64,000 nt of DNA, taken from positions 36,145 through 100,144 of IMG/VR virus record IMGVR_UViG_3300019935_000001, one strand, 5' to 3'. Every line of letters begins with the position of its first letter. Position 1 is the first letter of the stretch. A program made the translations under genes and the position numbers. This document shows, in pieces, positions 55,355 to 64,000 of this stretch. This stretch comes from a virus (taxonomy: Duplodnaviria; Heunggongvirae; Uroviricota; Caudoviricetes). The notes beneath the pieces are model-generated. The model did not search any database. It saw only the letters and a list, made by a program, of their open reading frames with translations, and was not told the DNA's origin.

Positions 55355-56185
55355 ATGAAAATCAGAAGACTGAAGATCAACAACTTCCGGGCATTCGGCC
55401 AGTTTGAATGCGAGTTCGAGCCTGGGATCACCGTTCTGACAGGGCTGAACAGCTCAGGAAAAACAGCGGTTCTGAAAGCCATCATCGTGGCAGCTGGCCA
55501 GGACAGAAAGATTCAGACTTCTGATATTCGCCAGACTCGTTCCTCTGCAGGTTCGGGTCTGATCTCTACAGAGCACCACCTTCCTGTGAACATTGAGGTG
55601 TGGGAAGACAGCGACACAGACCCGATCCTGGTCGCATCCCGTCAAAAGCTGAAAGGCAGAACCTCTCAAGCCGGATACATTGGCCCAATCTGCTACTACG
55701 ACAGTGGCAGGCGGAATATCGACAATCCCTCACCTGAATCCCTGGCCCTGGCCAGACAGGCACTGGACATCGTTCTGGAGCCTGTTGGCTGGAGCAACGT
55801 GCGGTACATTCCCGGTATCGATCAGATCTGTGCAGACCATGACGCTCAGGGTACAGCCCCAGTGGCCGCAATAGGTGGAATCGGAAGTGTCATTGATATG
55901 GTGGCCGGGATCGCCCAGCAGGGCAGCCAGCTGGCTTTGATCGACGGGATAGATTTACACCTGCACCCCAAATGGCAGCAGATGATCCTGCCTGGTCTGG
56001 CAGCGGCCTTTCCCGATCTGCAGCTTATCGTGACGACTCACAGCCCATTAGTGCTGTCTACTGTGAGCCGGAGTCAGATCCGGGTGCTTCCAGATTTCGG
56101 AAATGGAGAGTGCGCAACCGTCCCAGCATGTGAGACGCTGGGCAAAGCCTGCGACGACCTGCTCACTGAGGCGATGGGAAATTAA
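55355..56185 (+). CDS. compact ABC/RecF-like ATPase (AAA_15/21-like)
   Basis: 276 aa from the ATG at 55355. MKIRRLKINNFRAFG, Walker A GLNSSGKT, Walker B/H-loop LALIDGIDLHLHP, TTHSPLVL. Confidence 0.7.
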   Translation: MKIRRLKINNFRAFGQFECEFEPGITVLTGLNSSGKTAVLKAIIVAAGQDRKIQTSDIRQTRSSAGSGLISTEHHLPVNIEVWEDSDTDPILVASRQKLKGRTSQAGYIGPICYYDSGRRNIDNPSPESLALARQALDIVLEPVGWSNVRYIPGIDQICADHDAQGTAPVAAIGGIGSVIDMVAGIAQQGSQLALIDGIDLHLHPKWQQMILPGLAAAFPDLQLIVTTHSPLVLSTVSRSQIRVLPDFGNGECATVPACETLGKACDDLLTEAMGN

Positions 56186-56299
56186 CCAAACAGATTACAG
56201 CAGGCCAGCGGCTTGACGGCAGCTGCGCTCAAGAATTGTTAATACTTTCACCCCAACCAAAAACCTGCATGGCAGAGTACATTCCGAATATAGAGTCCT

Positions 56300-56503
56300 C
56301 TATCGACCATCGTCAGTGCTCACTTTTTTCTTGCTGGACGAGTCAAGTATCTCTTGGCTCAGTACCGACGTAAATGCACTATAGAAGTCCGCTTCAAACT
56401 TGCTCATGTTTGTATCAGCGTCAATGTCCTTTACATTGACACCAACAATAGGCCTGCTTGCAAAAAACTCAAATTTCATCTTTACCTTCCTTTGGTTTGA
56501 CAA
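56300..56503 (-). CDS. hypothetical protein
   Basis: 67-aa ORF downstream of mazF on the same strand. The start codon is uncertain. Confidence 0.3.
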   Translation of the reverse strand: MSNQRKVKMKFEFFASRPIVGVNVKDIDADTNMSKFEADFYSAFTSVLSQEILDSSSKKKVSTDDGR

Positions 56504-56520
56504 AACAAGCCTCTATGCTC

Positions 56521-56892
56521 CTACTCAGCTAGATATTTTTCAAGTATCTCTGGTATACCCAGGCTTATAGCCAGCTTCAGAAGGGACTCTTCCAGAACCT
56601 CCGGCTCTGCCTTTACTGCGAACTCAACCTTCCGAGCCTTCCAGTCAAAGGTCTGTGGCATGTTGGAAACAACAACGCAGGCCTGGTCCAGATTGTTGAC
56701 CTTCACCTCTTCAGTGCCACCGTAAATCGAAGTGCTCACCGGCAGCACAGTGGCGCGTCCGGATTTGTTTTGTTCCTTTGTTGAGATAACAAGTGCGGGC
56801 CTGCGCTTGCCAATCTCTTTTCCTGCCTTCGGGTCAAACGTCACGATTACTAAATCGCCCTGACCCGGGATGTATCGACTTACCGATCCCAT
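56521..56892 (-). CDS. mazF: MazF/PemK-family toxin
   Basis: 123 aa. IPGQGDLVIVTFDPKAGKEIGKRRPALVIS. Confidence 0.8.
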   Translation of the reverse strand: MGSVSRYIPGQGDLVIVTFDPKAGKEIGKRRPALVISTKEQNKSGRATVLPVSTSIYGGTEEVKVNNLDQACVVVSNMPQTFDWKARKVEFAVKAEPEVLEESLLKLAISLGIPEILEKYLAE

Positions 56893-57167
56893 TCTGTCTC
56901 CACAGTTTCAAATAGATCGTCAGCCCGAAGGTTAGCCGGAGTCATCCCCGCAATCAGTTCATCCTGAGTGAAGGGAAGTTTATACCTCGGCTTCGCGCGC
57001 GGCGTGACAGCCTTAATGATGATCTCAGTACCTTGCGCCGCGATTTCTACTTCAGCGCCTTTTGTGATACCGGCTCTTTTCATCAGCGCAGCGGGCAGCC
57101 TAATAGCAGAGCTGTTGCCCCACTGACTGACCTGGCCAATGACCCTTCGGGTTTCTCGTGTCGCCAT
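56880..57167 (-). CDS. mazE: MazE/AbrB-fold antitoxin
   Basis: 95 aa. SQWGNSSAIRLPAALMKRAG. 13-nt overlap with mazF. Confidence 0.75.
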   Translation of the reverse strand: MATRETRRVIGQVSQWGNSSAIRLPAALMKRAGITKGAEVEIAAQGTEIIIKAVTPRAKPRYKLPFTQDELIAGMTPANLRADDLFETVETEWDR

Positions 57168-57198
57168 GAAAATTCTTGCCCATCTGGTTAATGCGGAA

Positions 57199-57273
57199 AA
57201 TAGCCCCTGCCAGCGAACAACGCTTCAGGCTATTAATCGGGTCTTTTTAGATCGCCCGACTTGTATATACAAG
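57199..57273. promoter_or_regulatory. candidate mazEF operator region
   Basis: AATAGCC-N22-GGCTATT (57199-57234). 16-bp perfect palindrome ACTTGTATATACAAGT (57259-57274) upstream of mazE. Confidence 0.35.
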
Positions 57274-57295
57274 TATATACGTTTTGATCTTCGGA

Positions 57296-58270
57296 TCAAG
57301 AAGAGGTTGATTCTTCCGCATCCGGTATGCGCTGCTCCAGATTCTTGATGGTTGCCAGGTGAGCCCGGATTTCTTCCTTCAATTGATCGACAGTTTCTCT
57401 GGCCTGATCCCGCTGGTTTGCTGCGATGTCGAGCCGGGTGTTCAGGCTGCTGATCTGCTCGCTCTGGCTATCGATACGCTCACTGAGACTTTTCTTAACC
57501 ATCTCGTGACCAGATGTCAGCTCAGCAAGTAGGGTCGCATGAGCGTCTTTGGTTTCGGCAAGGACTTGGCTGTGCATCTCTCTCAGCTCCTCCTTCTGGT
57601 CGGTCATGGCCATCTGGCGCTCTGTCTCCAGGGATCTGCAGTGCAGCTCGTGCTTTCCTGTTAGGTCTGCCAATTCATTCCGCGCTACCTGAAGCTGGGC
57701 CTCAGCGGTCTGTGCCCTGGCCTGCACCTTGTCGTGCCGCTCGCCCACTGTTTTGAGTTGCCCCTGCAGCTCGCTTATGGTGCGGAGATTGCCGCTCTCT
57801 GTACGTTGGAGCGCCTGCACTGCTGCCTCCCGCTCCTCTAACGTTTTGCCAAGGCTGTCTACTTTCGCCTCCAGCTCTGACACTGCATCAGCTGCATCAG
57901 AAAGCTCTGCCTCTGCACTCTCTTGCCTCTCGCGTGCATCCTTGACGGCCTCCGTTGTACGCCGCTCAGCGGTCATCACGGCGATATGGTTGACCCGGAC
58001 TGCCATCGCTCGCATCTGATCGCCCATGCCAGTGACCACTTCCTCAAGCGTCTCCATCACATCGACCGGAAGTTCATGCACCAGTTCAGCTTCTGCAGCT
58101 TCGCTGACCTCCCCAGTTTCGTGACCTTCCCAGATAGCCTTGATGCGCTGGACGTTTCCTCCACCCATGTGGTTTCGGATACCAAAAGCGGTGACGCGCT
58201 TACCCTCTTGCTGCAGCCGGACTCCGGCCTCCACGATCATGTCATCTGTAAATTCCGCTGGCCGTGCCAT
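57296..58270 (-). CDS. kfrA: KfrA-like protein (N-terminal DNA-binding domain plus long coiled coil)
   Basis: 324 aa. N-terminus FTDDMIVEAGVRLQQEGKRVTAFGIRNHMGGGNVQRIKAIWE. The rest is an A/E/Q-rich coiled coil. Confidence 0.65.
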   Translation of the reverse strand: MARPAEFTDDMIVEAGVRLQQEGKRVTAFGIRNHMGGGNVQRIKAIWEGHETGEVSEAAEAELVHELPVDVMETLEEVVTGMGDQMRAMAVRVNHIAVMTAERRTTEAVKDARERQESAEAELSDAADAVSELEAKVDSLGKTLEEREAAVQALQRTESGNLRTISELQGQLKTVGERHDKVQARAQTAEAQLQVARNELADLTGKHELHCRSLETERQMAMTDQKEELREMHSQVLAETKDAHATLLAELTSGHEMVKKSLSERIDSQSEQISSLNTRLDIAANQRDQARETVDQLKEEIRAHLATIKNLEQRIPDAEESTSS

Positions 58271-58282
58271 TTCTGCCCCCTG

Positions 58283-58322
<40 letters not shown>

Positions 58323-58355
58323 GTCATTGAGTGTAATGCCGACGGGAGAGGACAG

Positions 58356-59036
58356 CTAATTCCCTTGAGAGCGGCTTCTTTCTATCCTTCTACTGCGCTC
58401 TATCTCCCAATCATCAACAGGGTCTGACTTTGCCCAAGCATCAAACAGCTTTCGCTGCTTCTTGCTGATTCGAATCCCATACTTCTCTGACATATAAAAA
58501 TATGTCCGGGCTATATCCCCACGAATGTGGGGGGCTGGCTCAACAATTCTGGACTTGAAGTCAACTTCAACATCGCATGCGCCATATACGCGACGCTCAC
58601 CCGCGATCATTCCATATCGGTAGTTTGACCGATCACCATTAACTTCACCGATGGCCGGTACTAAATTGTACATGTCAGCCTCCATTTTCTTGAACCGGGC
58701 ATCTTTCCGACAGGCTTTTCGCCCCCCTTCTTGCCAACACTGTAATTGGTGACCAAATTCCCATGCAGGCACCAAATGCTCCCACTCTATCCGGGCCGCC
58801 CTCTTCGCTTGCTTTCGAGGTGTATAACCGCAGCTTTCCCAGTTTGGGGTCAGGTGTTTTCTGGAGCTCCCAGGCTTGTTCTTTAGGGAGTAATCACAGC
58901 CACAGTAGAACGAAACTTGATGGTCAGCATATATCTGCTTGGCGAGAATCTTTTTAGACTTAGAAAACGAGGGGTCTGCAGCTACCACTGAAGGTAGAGC
59001 AAACAAAATAATGCAGGTAACAATCTTAATCTTCAT
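58356..59036 (-). CDS. endA: secreted endonuclease I (EndA/Vvn family)
   Basis: Start at the ATG giving the signal peptide [57 protein letters not shown]. Confidence 0.85.
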   Translation of the reverse strand: MKIKIVTCIILFALPSVVAADPSFSKSKKILAKQIYADHQVSFYCGCDYSLKNKPGSSRKHLTPNWESCGYTPRKQAKRAARIEWEHLVPAWEFGHQLQCWQEGGRKACRKDARFKKMEADMYNLVPAIGEVNGDRSNYRYGMIAGERRVYGACDVEVDFKSRIVEPAPHIRGDIARTYFYMSEKYGIRISKKQRKLFDAWAKSDPVDDWEIERSRRIERSRSQGN

Positions 59037-59116
59037 CCAGCAGCCTTCCCTTATCCGCTCATTAGACAATCCTGTGCTGCAGTATAACCAAACGCGAATG
59101 TACTTCGAGCGGGCAC

Positions 59117-59140
59117 AAAAAAGGGGCCTCGCAAGGCCCC
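59117..59140 (-). terminator. intrinsic terminator (minus strand)
   Basis: Minus strand reads GGGGCC-TTGCGA-GGCCCC followed by TTTTTT. Confidence 0.7.
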
Positions 59141-59205
59141 GTCAGGAATCGTAATGGCAAATCAGAAACGCATAGCAACAAACATCTGTGGTCGCAGGAC
59201 TAAAT

Positions 59206-59225
59206 ATAAGTCAGTTCTGACTTAG
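59206..59225. promoter_or_regulatory. dispersed palindrome (ATAAGT-N8-ACTTAG)
   Basis: ATAAGTCAGTTCTGACTTAG. Its centre is the inverse of the 52099 copy. Confidence 0.5.
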
Positions 59226-59248
59226 TTTCAAGCGACTTTTGTTGCCTA

Positions 59249-59722
59249 TCAATCTATCGAGAACGTCGAGGAGTCAGACGAACCCCCTGGTCCGCTGCCA
59301 GAGCAACTACCAGTCCAACCAGAAGCCCCCAGGGTACATGAAGATTCGCTGGAGCTGCCGGATTCGCTAGCTCGACTGCTGGAGCTATTAGAGGATGGCA
59401 TTATCCCGGCTGCAACGGAAGCAGTATCCATAACATCATCTTCACGCTGGCTGCGACGCTCCTCCCGCCCCCGGCGGCGTGCCCTCGCCTGTTGCAATTC
59501 GGCCTGGCGAGACGCTTCTGCCTTGCGAGCTTTGCGGCCCTTTCGGCTAAAGCGGGACAGTATGAAGCTATTGAGAGCCTGACGCTTCGCACCTGTCTTG
59601 TAACACCAGTCCGGATCGGCCTTGTCCTTTCGACTGATGATCCACAGCGCGGTAGCGGCGATAACCCAGAGGCCAACCATGAAGTAAGGCAGTACAGAAC
59701 CTGGATTAAGTACGGTTTCCAT
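59249..59722 (-). CDS. membrane-anchored protein with basic and Ser-rich regions
   Basis: 157 aa. N-terminal TM helix, R/K-rich middle, S/G-rich tail. Confidence 0.5.
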   Translation of the reverse strand: METVLNPGSVLPYFMVGLWVIAATALWIISRKDKADPDWCYKTGAKRQALNSFILSRFSRKGRKARKAEASRQAELQQARARRRGREERRSQREDDVMDTASVAAGIMPSSNSSSSRASESGSSSESSCTLGASGWTGSCSGSGPGGSSDSSTFSID

Positions 59723-59734
59723 ATTATTTCCCTC

Positions 59735-60058
59735 TTAATGAAATGAGCCTGGCAGTTGGCCCAAGGCACCATACTTGTCGTTGAACCAGCGGGCGACACG
59801 AGCCACCGCCGGCTTATCAAGGCGCTTATTGCCAGAGTAGCTCTTCACGGCCTGCTCCAGCAGGTGCATCAGGGACTGCTCCTGGGCAAATTCATCGGGC
59901 GCCAGAGGGTCAGGCATTAGCACGACTGGACACTGACCGTACTTTTCAGCGTATTGTTTCGCAATGGCATCGACTGGGTGCGTCTGCGCCTCCTGGGATT
60001 CTGGCATGTGCGCCGGTGCTGTTTCGATTGCTTGTGGGTTTTCAATTTCGTTGCTCAT
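59735..60058 (-). CDS. hypothetical protein
   Basis: 107 aa from the ATG at 60058 (the longer track ORF overlaps the upstream gene). Confidence 0.45.
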   Translation of the reverse strand: MSNEIENPQAIETAPAHMPESQEAQTHPVDAIAKQYAEKYGQCPVVLMPDPLAPDEFAQEQSLMHLLEQAVKSYSGNKRLDKPAVARVARWFNDKYGALGQLPGSFH

Positions 60059-60068
60059 AGGCTTTCTC

Positions 60069-60638
60069 TCAGCTTCTAACTTTGCGAGCAGCCAACTGCT
60101 GCATCGCTGATTTCTTGGTGGATTTCTTGACCATGCCAATCACCTTGTCCCGGTGGGGCTTATGTGCCAGGTTGAGCAGGGGCACGTTGCCCAGCTCGGC
60201 GACCCGGACCTGAAAGGCGATCTCTTTCGGAGTGGCTGCGGTCAGGGTAGAAATAGAATAGGCCCCGTCAGCCGACCAGATCACGATCATTCGTGAAGGG
60301 GCCAGTGTCTCAGGGCCAAAGGTTCGCGCAACGGCAACCCGAGCCAGGCTCCGGTCGGATTCGGACATCTCAACCATGCCAGGGATCATGCGGATTGCCT
60401 TCTGGTGTGTACTGGGCGAATCAGCACTCAGAGACAGGAGGTGACTACCCTCCCCGTCTGGAATAATGAAGTGGCCTTCCTGTACCGCGGCTTCCATAGC
60501 AGCTTCGCTCATTCGATCAGAACCAGCCCGCAACTGGTAACCACGCTTGCGCATTCGCTCGGCAAAGTGCGCCATCAGCTTTACCAGCTTGTCTGGCGAG
60601 CCCTTACTGCTCGCCACGGTGTAGAAGGCCCCACTCAT
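60069..60638 (-). CDS. hypothetical protein
   Basis: 189-aa ORF in the operon. No motif I can name with confidence. Confidence 0.5.
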   Translation of the reverse strand: MSGAFYTVASSKGSPDKLVKLMAHFAERMRKRGYQLRAGSDRMSEAAMEAAVQEGHFIIPDGEGSHLLSLSADSPSTHQKAIRMIPGMVEMSESDRSLARVAVARTFGPETLAPSRMIVIWSADGAYSISTLTAATPKEIAFQVRVAELGNVPLLNLAHKPHRDKVIGMVKKSTKKSAMQQLAARKVRS

Positions 60639-60919
60639 GCGCCCAGGTCGCCAGCAATGAGCCGTTCGATCTGCTCAGGCGTCAGGTTGCTCATGGCACG
60701 CTTCACCTGCTCTTGGCGTTGCCGCTCTTTGGCCTTTGATACCTTCAGGCGGGTAACGTGGCGGCGGGCAGCCTCACCCATCTTCTGGGAGTCAGCGATA
60801 CCGACCAGGAAGTTAAATACCTCGTCATTGGACGGAAAGCCCCAGGCTTCCCGCAGCTCGCCAACCTTGGCTCGGTTGGCTTCGGTGATTCGCAGAGAGG
60901 TGCGGTTCTCCTTGCTCAT
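60635..60919 (-). CDS. hypothetical protein (possible ribbon-helix-helix)
   Basis: 94 aa. N-terminal TSLRITEANRAKVGELREAWG. ATGA-type overlaps on both sides. Confidence 0.45.
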   Translation of the reverse strand: MSKENRTSLRITEANRAKVGELREAWGFPSNDEVFNFLVGIADSQKMGEAARRHVTRLKVSKAKERQRQEQVKRAMSNLTPEQIERLIAGDLGA

Positions 60920-61149
60920 TTCACCACCTTCACCAGCTGATCGAAGCCGCCGATGAACTCGTCATCAACGAAGACTGCAGGGAACGTACTGAAGCCCGGT
61001 GTCTTCTGCTGCAGCTCTTCCAGCTGATAGTCTGAGCCCAGCTGCAGGTATGTGTAGTCGAGGTCGCGGATGTCGCAGACCTGCTTTGCATTGTCACAGT
61101 ACGGGCAAGAGGTCTTGCCGTAGATTTCAATCTTCATATGGTTCCTCAA
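60916..61149 (-). CDS. glutaredoxin / NrdH-like redoxin
   Basis: 77 aa. KIEIYGKTSCPYCDNAK. Confidence 0.8.
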   Translation of the reverse strand: MRNHMKIEIYGKTSCPYCDNAKQVCDIRDLDYTYLQLGSDYQLEELQQKTPGFSTFPAVFVDDEFIGGFDQLVKVVK

Positions 61150-62858
61150 ACGGCCTGGAAGCCGTACTTCTGAAAGTTGAAAGGTGCCTTGACGACGTTT
61201 TCGGCAAAGCCCGGTGTAGAGTTGACGATCTCCCGGCGGGCCATTGCGTGGCCTTTCAGGTGCTTGTTGTCGCCATCTTCAAAGTCGATGATGAAGCAGA
61301 CATTCGGGCCAGACTTCTTCGCTCGAAGGCCACGACCGATACGCTGGCGCATTGCCACTTCTGCTTTGCCACCACCGGCCAGAATCACCATTCCGACAGC
61401 AGGCACATCGACACCGACATCCAGGATGGTCGAACCGATCAGGACATCGATCCTTCCGGCTCCCAGATTGTCCAGGGAAGACTGGCGGCTATCCTGCCTG
61501 TGCTCACCACTGATGAACTCGGCGTTCAGCCCGGCTGCTTTCAGCATCTTCAGGAGGCGTTTGCCGTGGGCTGTGTGCTGGATCAGGATCATCACTGGCA
61601 GGCCGTACTTCTTAGCCCGCTGAGCTTCGGAAACGATGAAGGCATTCCGGCCGTCACTCTCAACCACACCGACCTTATAAGCCCGCTGCCAGGGTGTACC
61701 CCGGAACAGGGTTTTAGGTTTTTCAGCGCTGTGGTAGTAGAAATACGGTTTGGCCAGGATGCCTTTGTCGATCAGGTCTTTCTCGCTGATCTGAATGCCG
61801 ATAGGTCCGGTAACGGCCATAAGGCGCATGTTGGCCTCTTCGTCATCCTTCATGAACGGAGTGGCAGTCAGGGCCATCCTGTAAACAGCGTTATGGCACT
61901 GATTCAGGATGTCGTAGAAGCCGTTACCGGATACCTCGTGCGCTTCCTCCAGGGTCACAAACTCCATGGAGCGAAGGAACTCGATAGTTTCGGCACGGCG
62001 ATCAGCCTGACGTTGGACGGCGGCCTTGGCCTTTTTGGCAATCTCTTCGTGCGGGTACTTCGAGCGAACCTTCTTTTCGATGGACTGACGGTACGCTTTG
62101 ATCTGATCCCGAATGTGCTGAGGGGCAATCTTCAGGGCCTGATCGGACGTTGGCAGGTTTTTCTTCTTGAAAATGGTTTCGACAGTCTCTGTGACCTCTT
62201 TTTCGATGGCCTCCAGCTGCTTATCGACCTCCTTTTCAAAAGTCTTCTTCTCCAGTCGTGATGTCAGCGTATCCACGATGGCGAAGTTGATACCGGCCGG
62301 TTCCGGGTTCCACGTTCCGTCACCCAGGATGCCGATCGGTCGATTCTGCTCGCCCATTTGAGCGGCCATCTGGTACATCAGGGACTTCCGGGTCGTGATA
62401 AACAGAGTCGGTCGGTAGATGCGAGCACATGCAAGGCGGAAGATGCGGGACTTACCACCACCGGTGGCCACCCGGGCGATCATCGCCTTCAGATTCACCA
62501 GACGGCGAACCGTATCGAGCTGATATGCGTAGTTCGGATTCTCCGGGAAGTTATCGACCTTCGGGTTTTCCGGCCCCAGGGGCTCGGGAACCGACTTTCT
62601 GACAACCTTCGTGCGAACGCCGCGGGTTTCCAGCTTCTTTTTGATGTAGCGAACGAAGCCCGCCGGGAACGAATCCGTTTTCATCTGATAGAACGAGCTG
62701 TGACCGTCCCAGGAGCCGTTACTGAACATACTTGTGTGCTCGGCACCGGCCACCTTGTACGTCAGCAGATCACTGACGAGCAGACGCACATCGCGATCTG
62801 GGTTAACCAGCTTGGCGACAACTGCGTTGTGCTTGATTGTGGCGATTTTTCCTTTCAT
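61146..62858 (-). CDS. SF2 DEAD/DEAH-like DNA helicase
   Basis: 570 aa. Motif I ATGGGKS, motif II LEEAHE, motif III TATP, motif VI QRIGRGLR. Confidence 0.85.
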   Translation of the reverse strand: MKGKIATIKHNAVVAKLVNPDRDVRLLVSDLLTYKVAGAEHTSMFSNGSWDGHSSFYQMKTDSFPAGFVRYIKKKLETRGVRTKVVRKSVPEPLGPENPKVDNFPENPNYAYQLDTVRRLVNLKAMIARVATGGGKSRIFRLACARIYRPTLFITTRKSLMYQMAAQMGEQNRPIGILGDGTWNPEPAGINFAIVDTLTSRLEKKTFEKEVDKQLEAIEKEVTETVETIFKKKNLPTSDQALKIAPQHIRDQIKAYRQSIEKKVRSKYPHEEIAKKAKAAVQRQADRRAETIEFLRSMEFVTLEEAHEVSGNGFYDILNQCHNAVYRMALTATPFMKDDEEANMRLMAVTGPIGIQISEKDLIDKGILAKPYFYYHSAEKPKTLFRGTPWQRAYKVGVVESDGRNAFIVSEAQRAKKYGLPVMILIQHTAHGKRLLKMLKAAGLNAEFISGEHRQDSRQSSLDNLGAGRIDVLIGSTILDVGVDVPAVGMVILAGGGKAEVAMRQRIGRGLRAKKSGPNVCFIIDFEDGDNKHLKGHAMARREIVNSTPGFAENVVKAPFNFQKYGFQAV

Positions 62859-62915
62859 TTCGGGCCTGTCTGGTGTCTGGACGCCTTGCCATTGGAAAGG
62901 CTTATAGAAATAATA

Positions 62916-62935
62916 GTAAGTCAGTCCTTACTTAT
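62916..62935. promoter_or_regulatory. dispersed palindrome (GTAAGT-N8-ACTTAT) in a divergent intergenic region
   Basis: GTAAGTCAGTCCTTACTTAT. 27 nt upstream of the 62962 ATG and 58 nt from the helicase ATG. Confidence 0.5.
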
Positions 62936-62961
62936 AGTAAACACATTGTATCGAGTGACAT

Positions 62962-63648
62962 ATGGAAAAACTACATCTCACCTACGCAGACCCAGCTGAT
63001 CTCCAAGAAAATCCATGGAATCCGAACGAAATGGACGCCATCAATGAGGGAAAGCTGGAGAACTCTATCGACGAGCTGGGCTTTGTAAGCCCAATCAAGG
63101 TACGAGAGCTGGAAGACGGCACTCTGCAGATCATTGGCGGCCAGCACCGGAGCCGCTACGCCCTGCGCAACAACATGAATCAGGTGCCAGTGATCAACTT
63201 TGGCCGAATCAGCGACGACATGGCCCAGAAGATTGGCCTCGTGGATAACGGCCGCTATGGCGAAGACAACCTGGACAAATTGAACGCCTTGTTCGTTGAG
63301 GCCGGTTGGTCGCAGGACGAAATCATCAACATCATGCCGATGGATGAATCCGACTTTGAAAACATCTTTGCCCACTCCACCGAAGAGCTGGATCTGGATG
63401 ACCTGATGGGCGGGATCGAAGACGAGGAGCAGGATGCGGAAGCCGCGGTCATCGACACCGACATGCCAGCTGTGAAAACGCACCAGATCATGCGCTTCAA
63501 GGTGCCAGTTGAAGACGCCCCGGCCATCCAGGCTTTCATTTCCCGACTCCAGCGCGAGCAGGGGTTCACCGATTCTGACCAGCTGACCAACGCAGGCGAT
63601 GCCCTGGTGTATGGCCTTGGTACCCACCCGGAGTTCGACCGTGATTAA
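62962..63648 (+). CDS. ParB-like nuclease-domain protein
   Basis: 228 aa. ENPWNPNEM and IIGGQHRSRYAL. Acidic C-terminal half. Confidence 0.7.
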   Translation: MEKLHLTYADPADLQENPWNPNEMDAINEGKLENSIDELGFVSPIKVRELEDGTLQIIGGQHRSRYALRNNMNQVPVINFGRISDDMAQKIGLVDNGRYGEDNLDKLNALFVEAGWSQDEIINIMPMDESDFENIFAHSTEELDLDDLMGGIEDEEQDAEAAVIDTDMPAVKTHQIMRFKVPVEDAPAIQAFISRLQREQGFTDSDQLTNAGDALVYGLGTHPEFDRD

Positions 63649-63713
63649 CCAGAACTATTTCACTGGCTGGCGCCATCAGTGCAGCGACGATACTGACCAT
63701 GGGGTGTGCGACT

Positions 63714-64000
63714 ATGACTGAGCAGAAAGTAGCTGAAGCCGTCGATCTGCCAATCGAATGGTGGGACATCGACCGGCTGAAGCCATACACCAAAAACGCC
63801 AAGAACCACCCGAAGAAGCAGGTTCAGCAACTGGCCAATTCGATGCGCGAGTTTGGCTTTGCTGCCAACAAAGCAATCGAGGTGGAGCCGGATGGCACGA
63901 TCATCAACGGCCACGGCCGCCGTCTGGGTGCATACGAAGCTGAGCTGAAGAAGGTGCCAATCGTCGTGCGCTCCGATCTGACTCCAACTCAGATTAAGGC
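63714..64000 (+). CDS. ParB-like N-terminal domain protein, 3'-truncated by the window end (possibly a ParB-methyltransferase fusion)
   Basis: Frame open from the ATG at 63714 to the window end. IDRLKPYTKNAKNHPKKQVQQLANSMREFGF...INGHGRRLGA, the pattern seen at the N-terminus of phage/plasmid DNA methylases. Confidence 0.6.
   Translation, partial: MTEQKVAEAVDLPIEWWDIDRLKPYTKNAKNHPKKQVQQLANSMREFGFAANKAIEVEPDGTIINGHGRRLGAYEAELKKVPIVVRSDLTPTQIK

Overview
The window reads as part of a large phage or phage-plasmid replicon, probably from a gammaproteobacterial host. I saw no rRNA, tRNA or CRISPR array by eye. Left end (175-4502, minus strand): a plasmid-type maintenance module with an initiator gene carrying internal iterons, type Ia parA-parB, and a cluster of perfect palindromes (parS-like). 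From 5.1 to 38.5 kb, mostly plus strand: CobT/CobS-like pair, DnaE-type polymerase with a C-terminal UDG-like domain, T4 gp32-like SSB, flap endonuclease, RecA-like recombinase, SbcD/SbcC, RuvC-like resolvase, NrdAB, ThyA, DHFR, MazG-like protein and a DnaQ-like exonuclease. This block is interrupted by an IS256-family element next to an AT-rich orphan gene, and by a small minus-strand island holding a Panacea-domain toxin-antitoxin candidate. From 38.8 to 47.2 kb there is a train of about 21 small unknown ORFs. From 47.2 to 52.1 kb the sequence is gene-poor and holds three different short-repeat arrays. From 52.1 to 59.2 kb there is an accessory island: a Hin-like serine recombinase with a hix/res-like site, a DGQHR (DndB-like) + small protein + ABC-type ATPase cassette, MazEF, a KfrA-like protein and endonuclease I. 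The right end carries an SF2 helicase, a glutaredoxin and ParB-like nuclease-domain genes. Two replicon-wide signals stand out: a dispersed 20-bp palindrome ATAAGT-N8-ACTTAT in intergenic regions, and a conserved ACACA..(A/G)GAGAC leader just upstream of more than 17 start codons. All functional calls rest on motifs read by eye; no database search was run.
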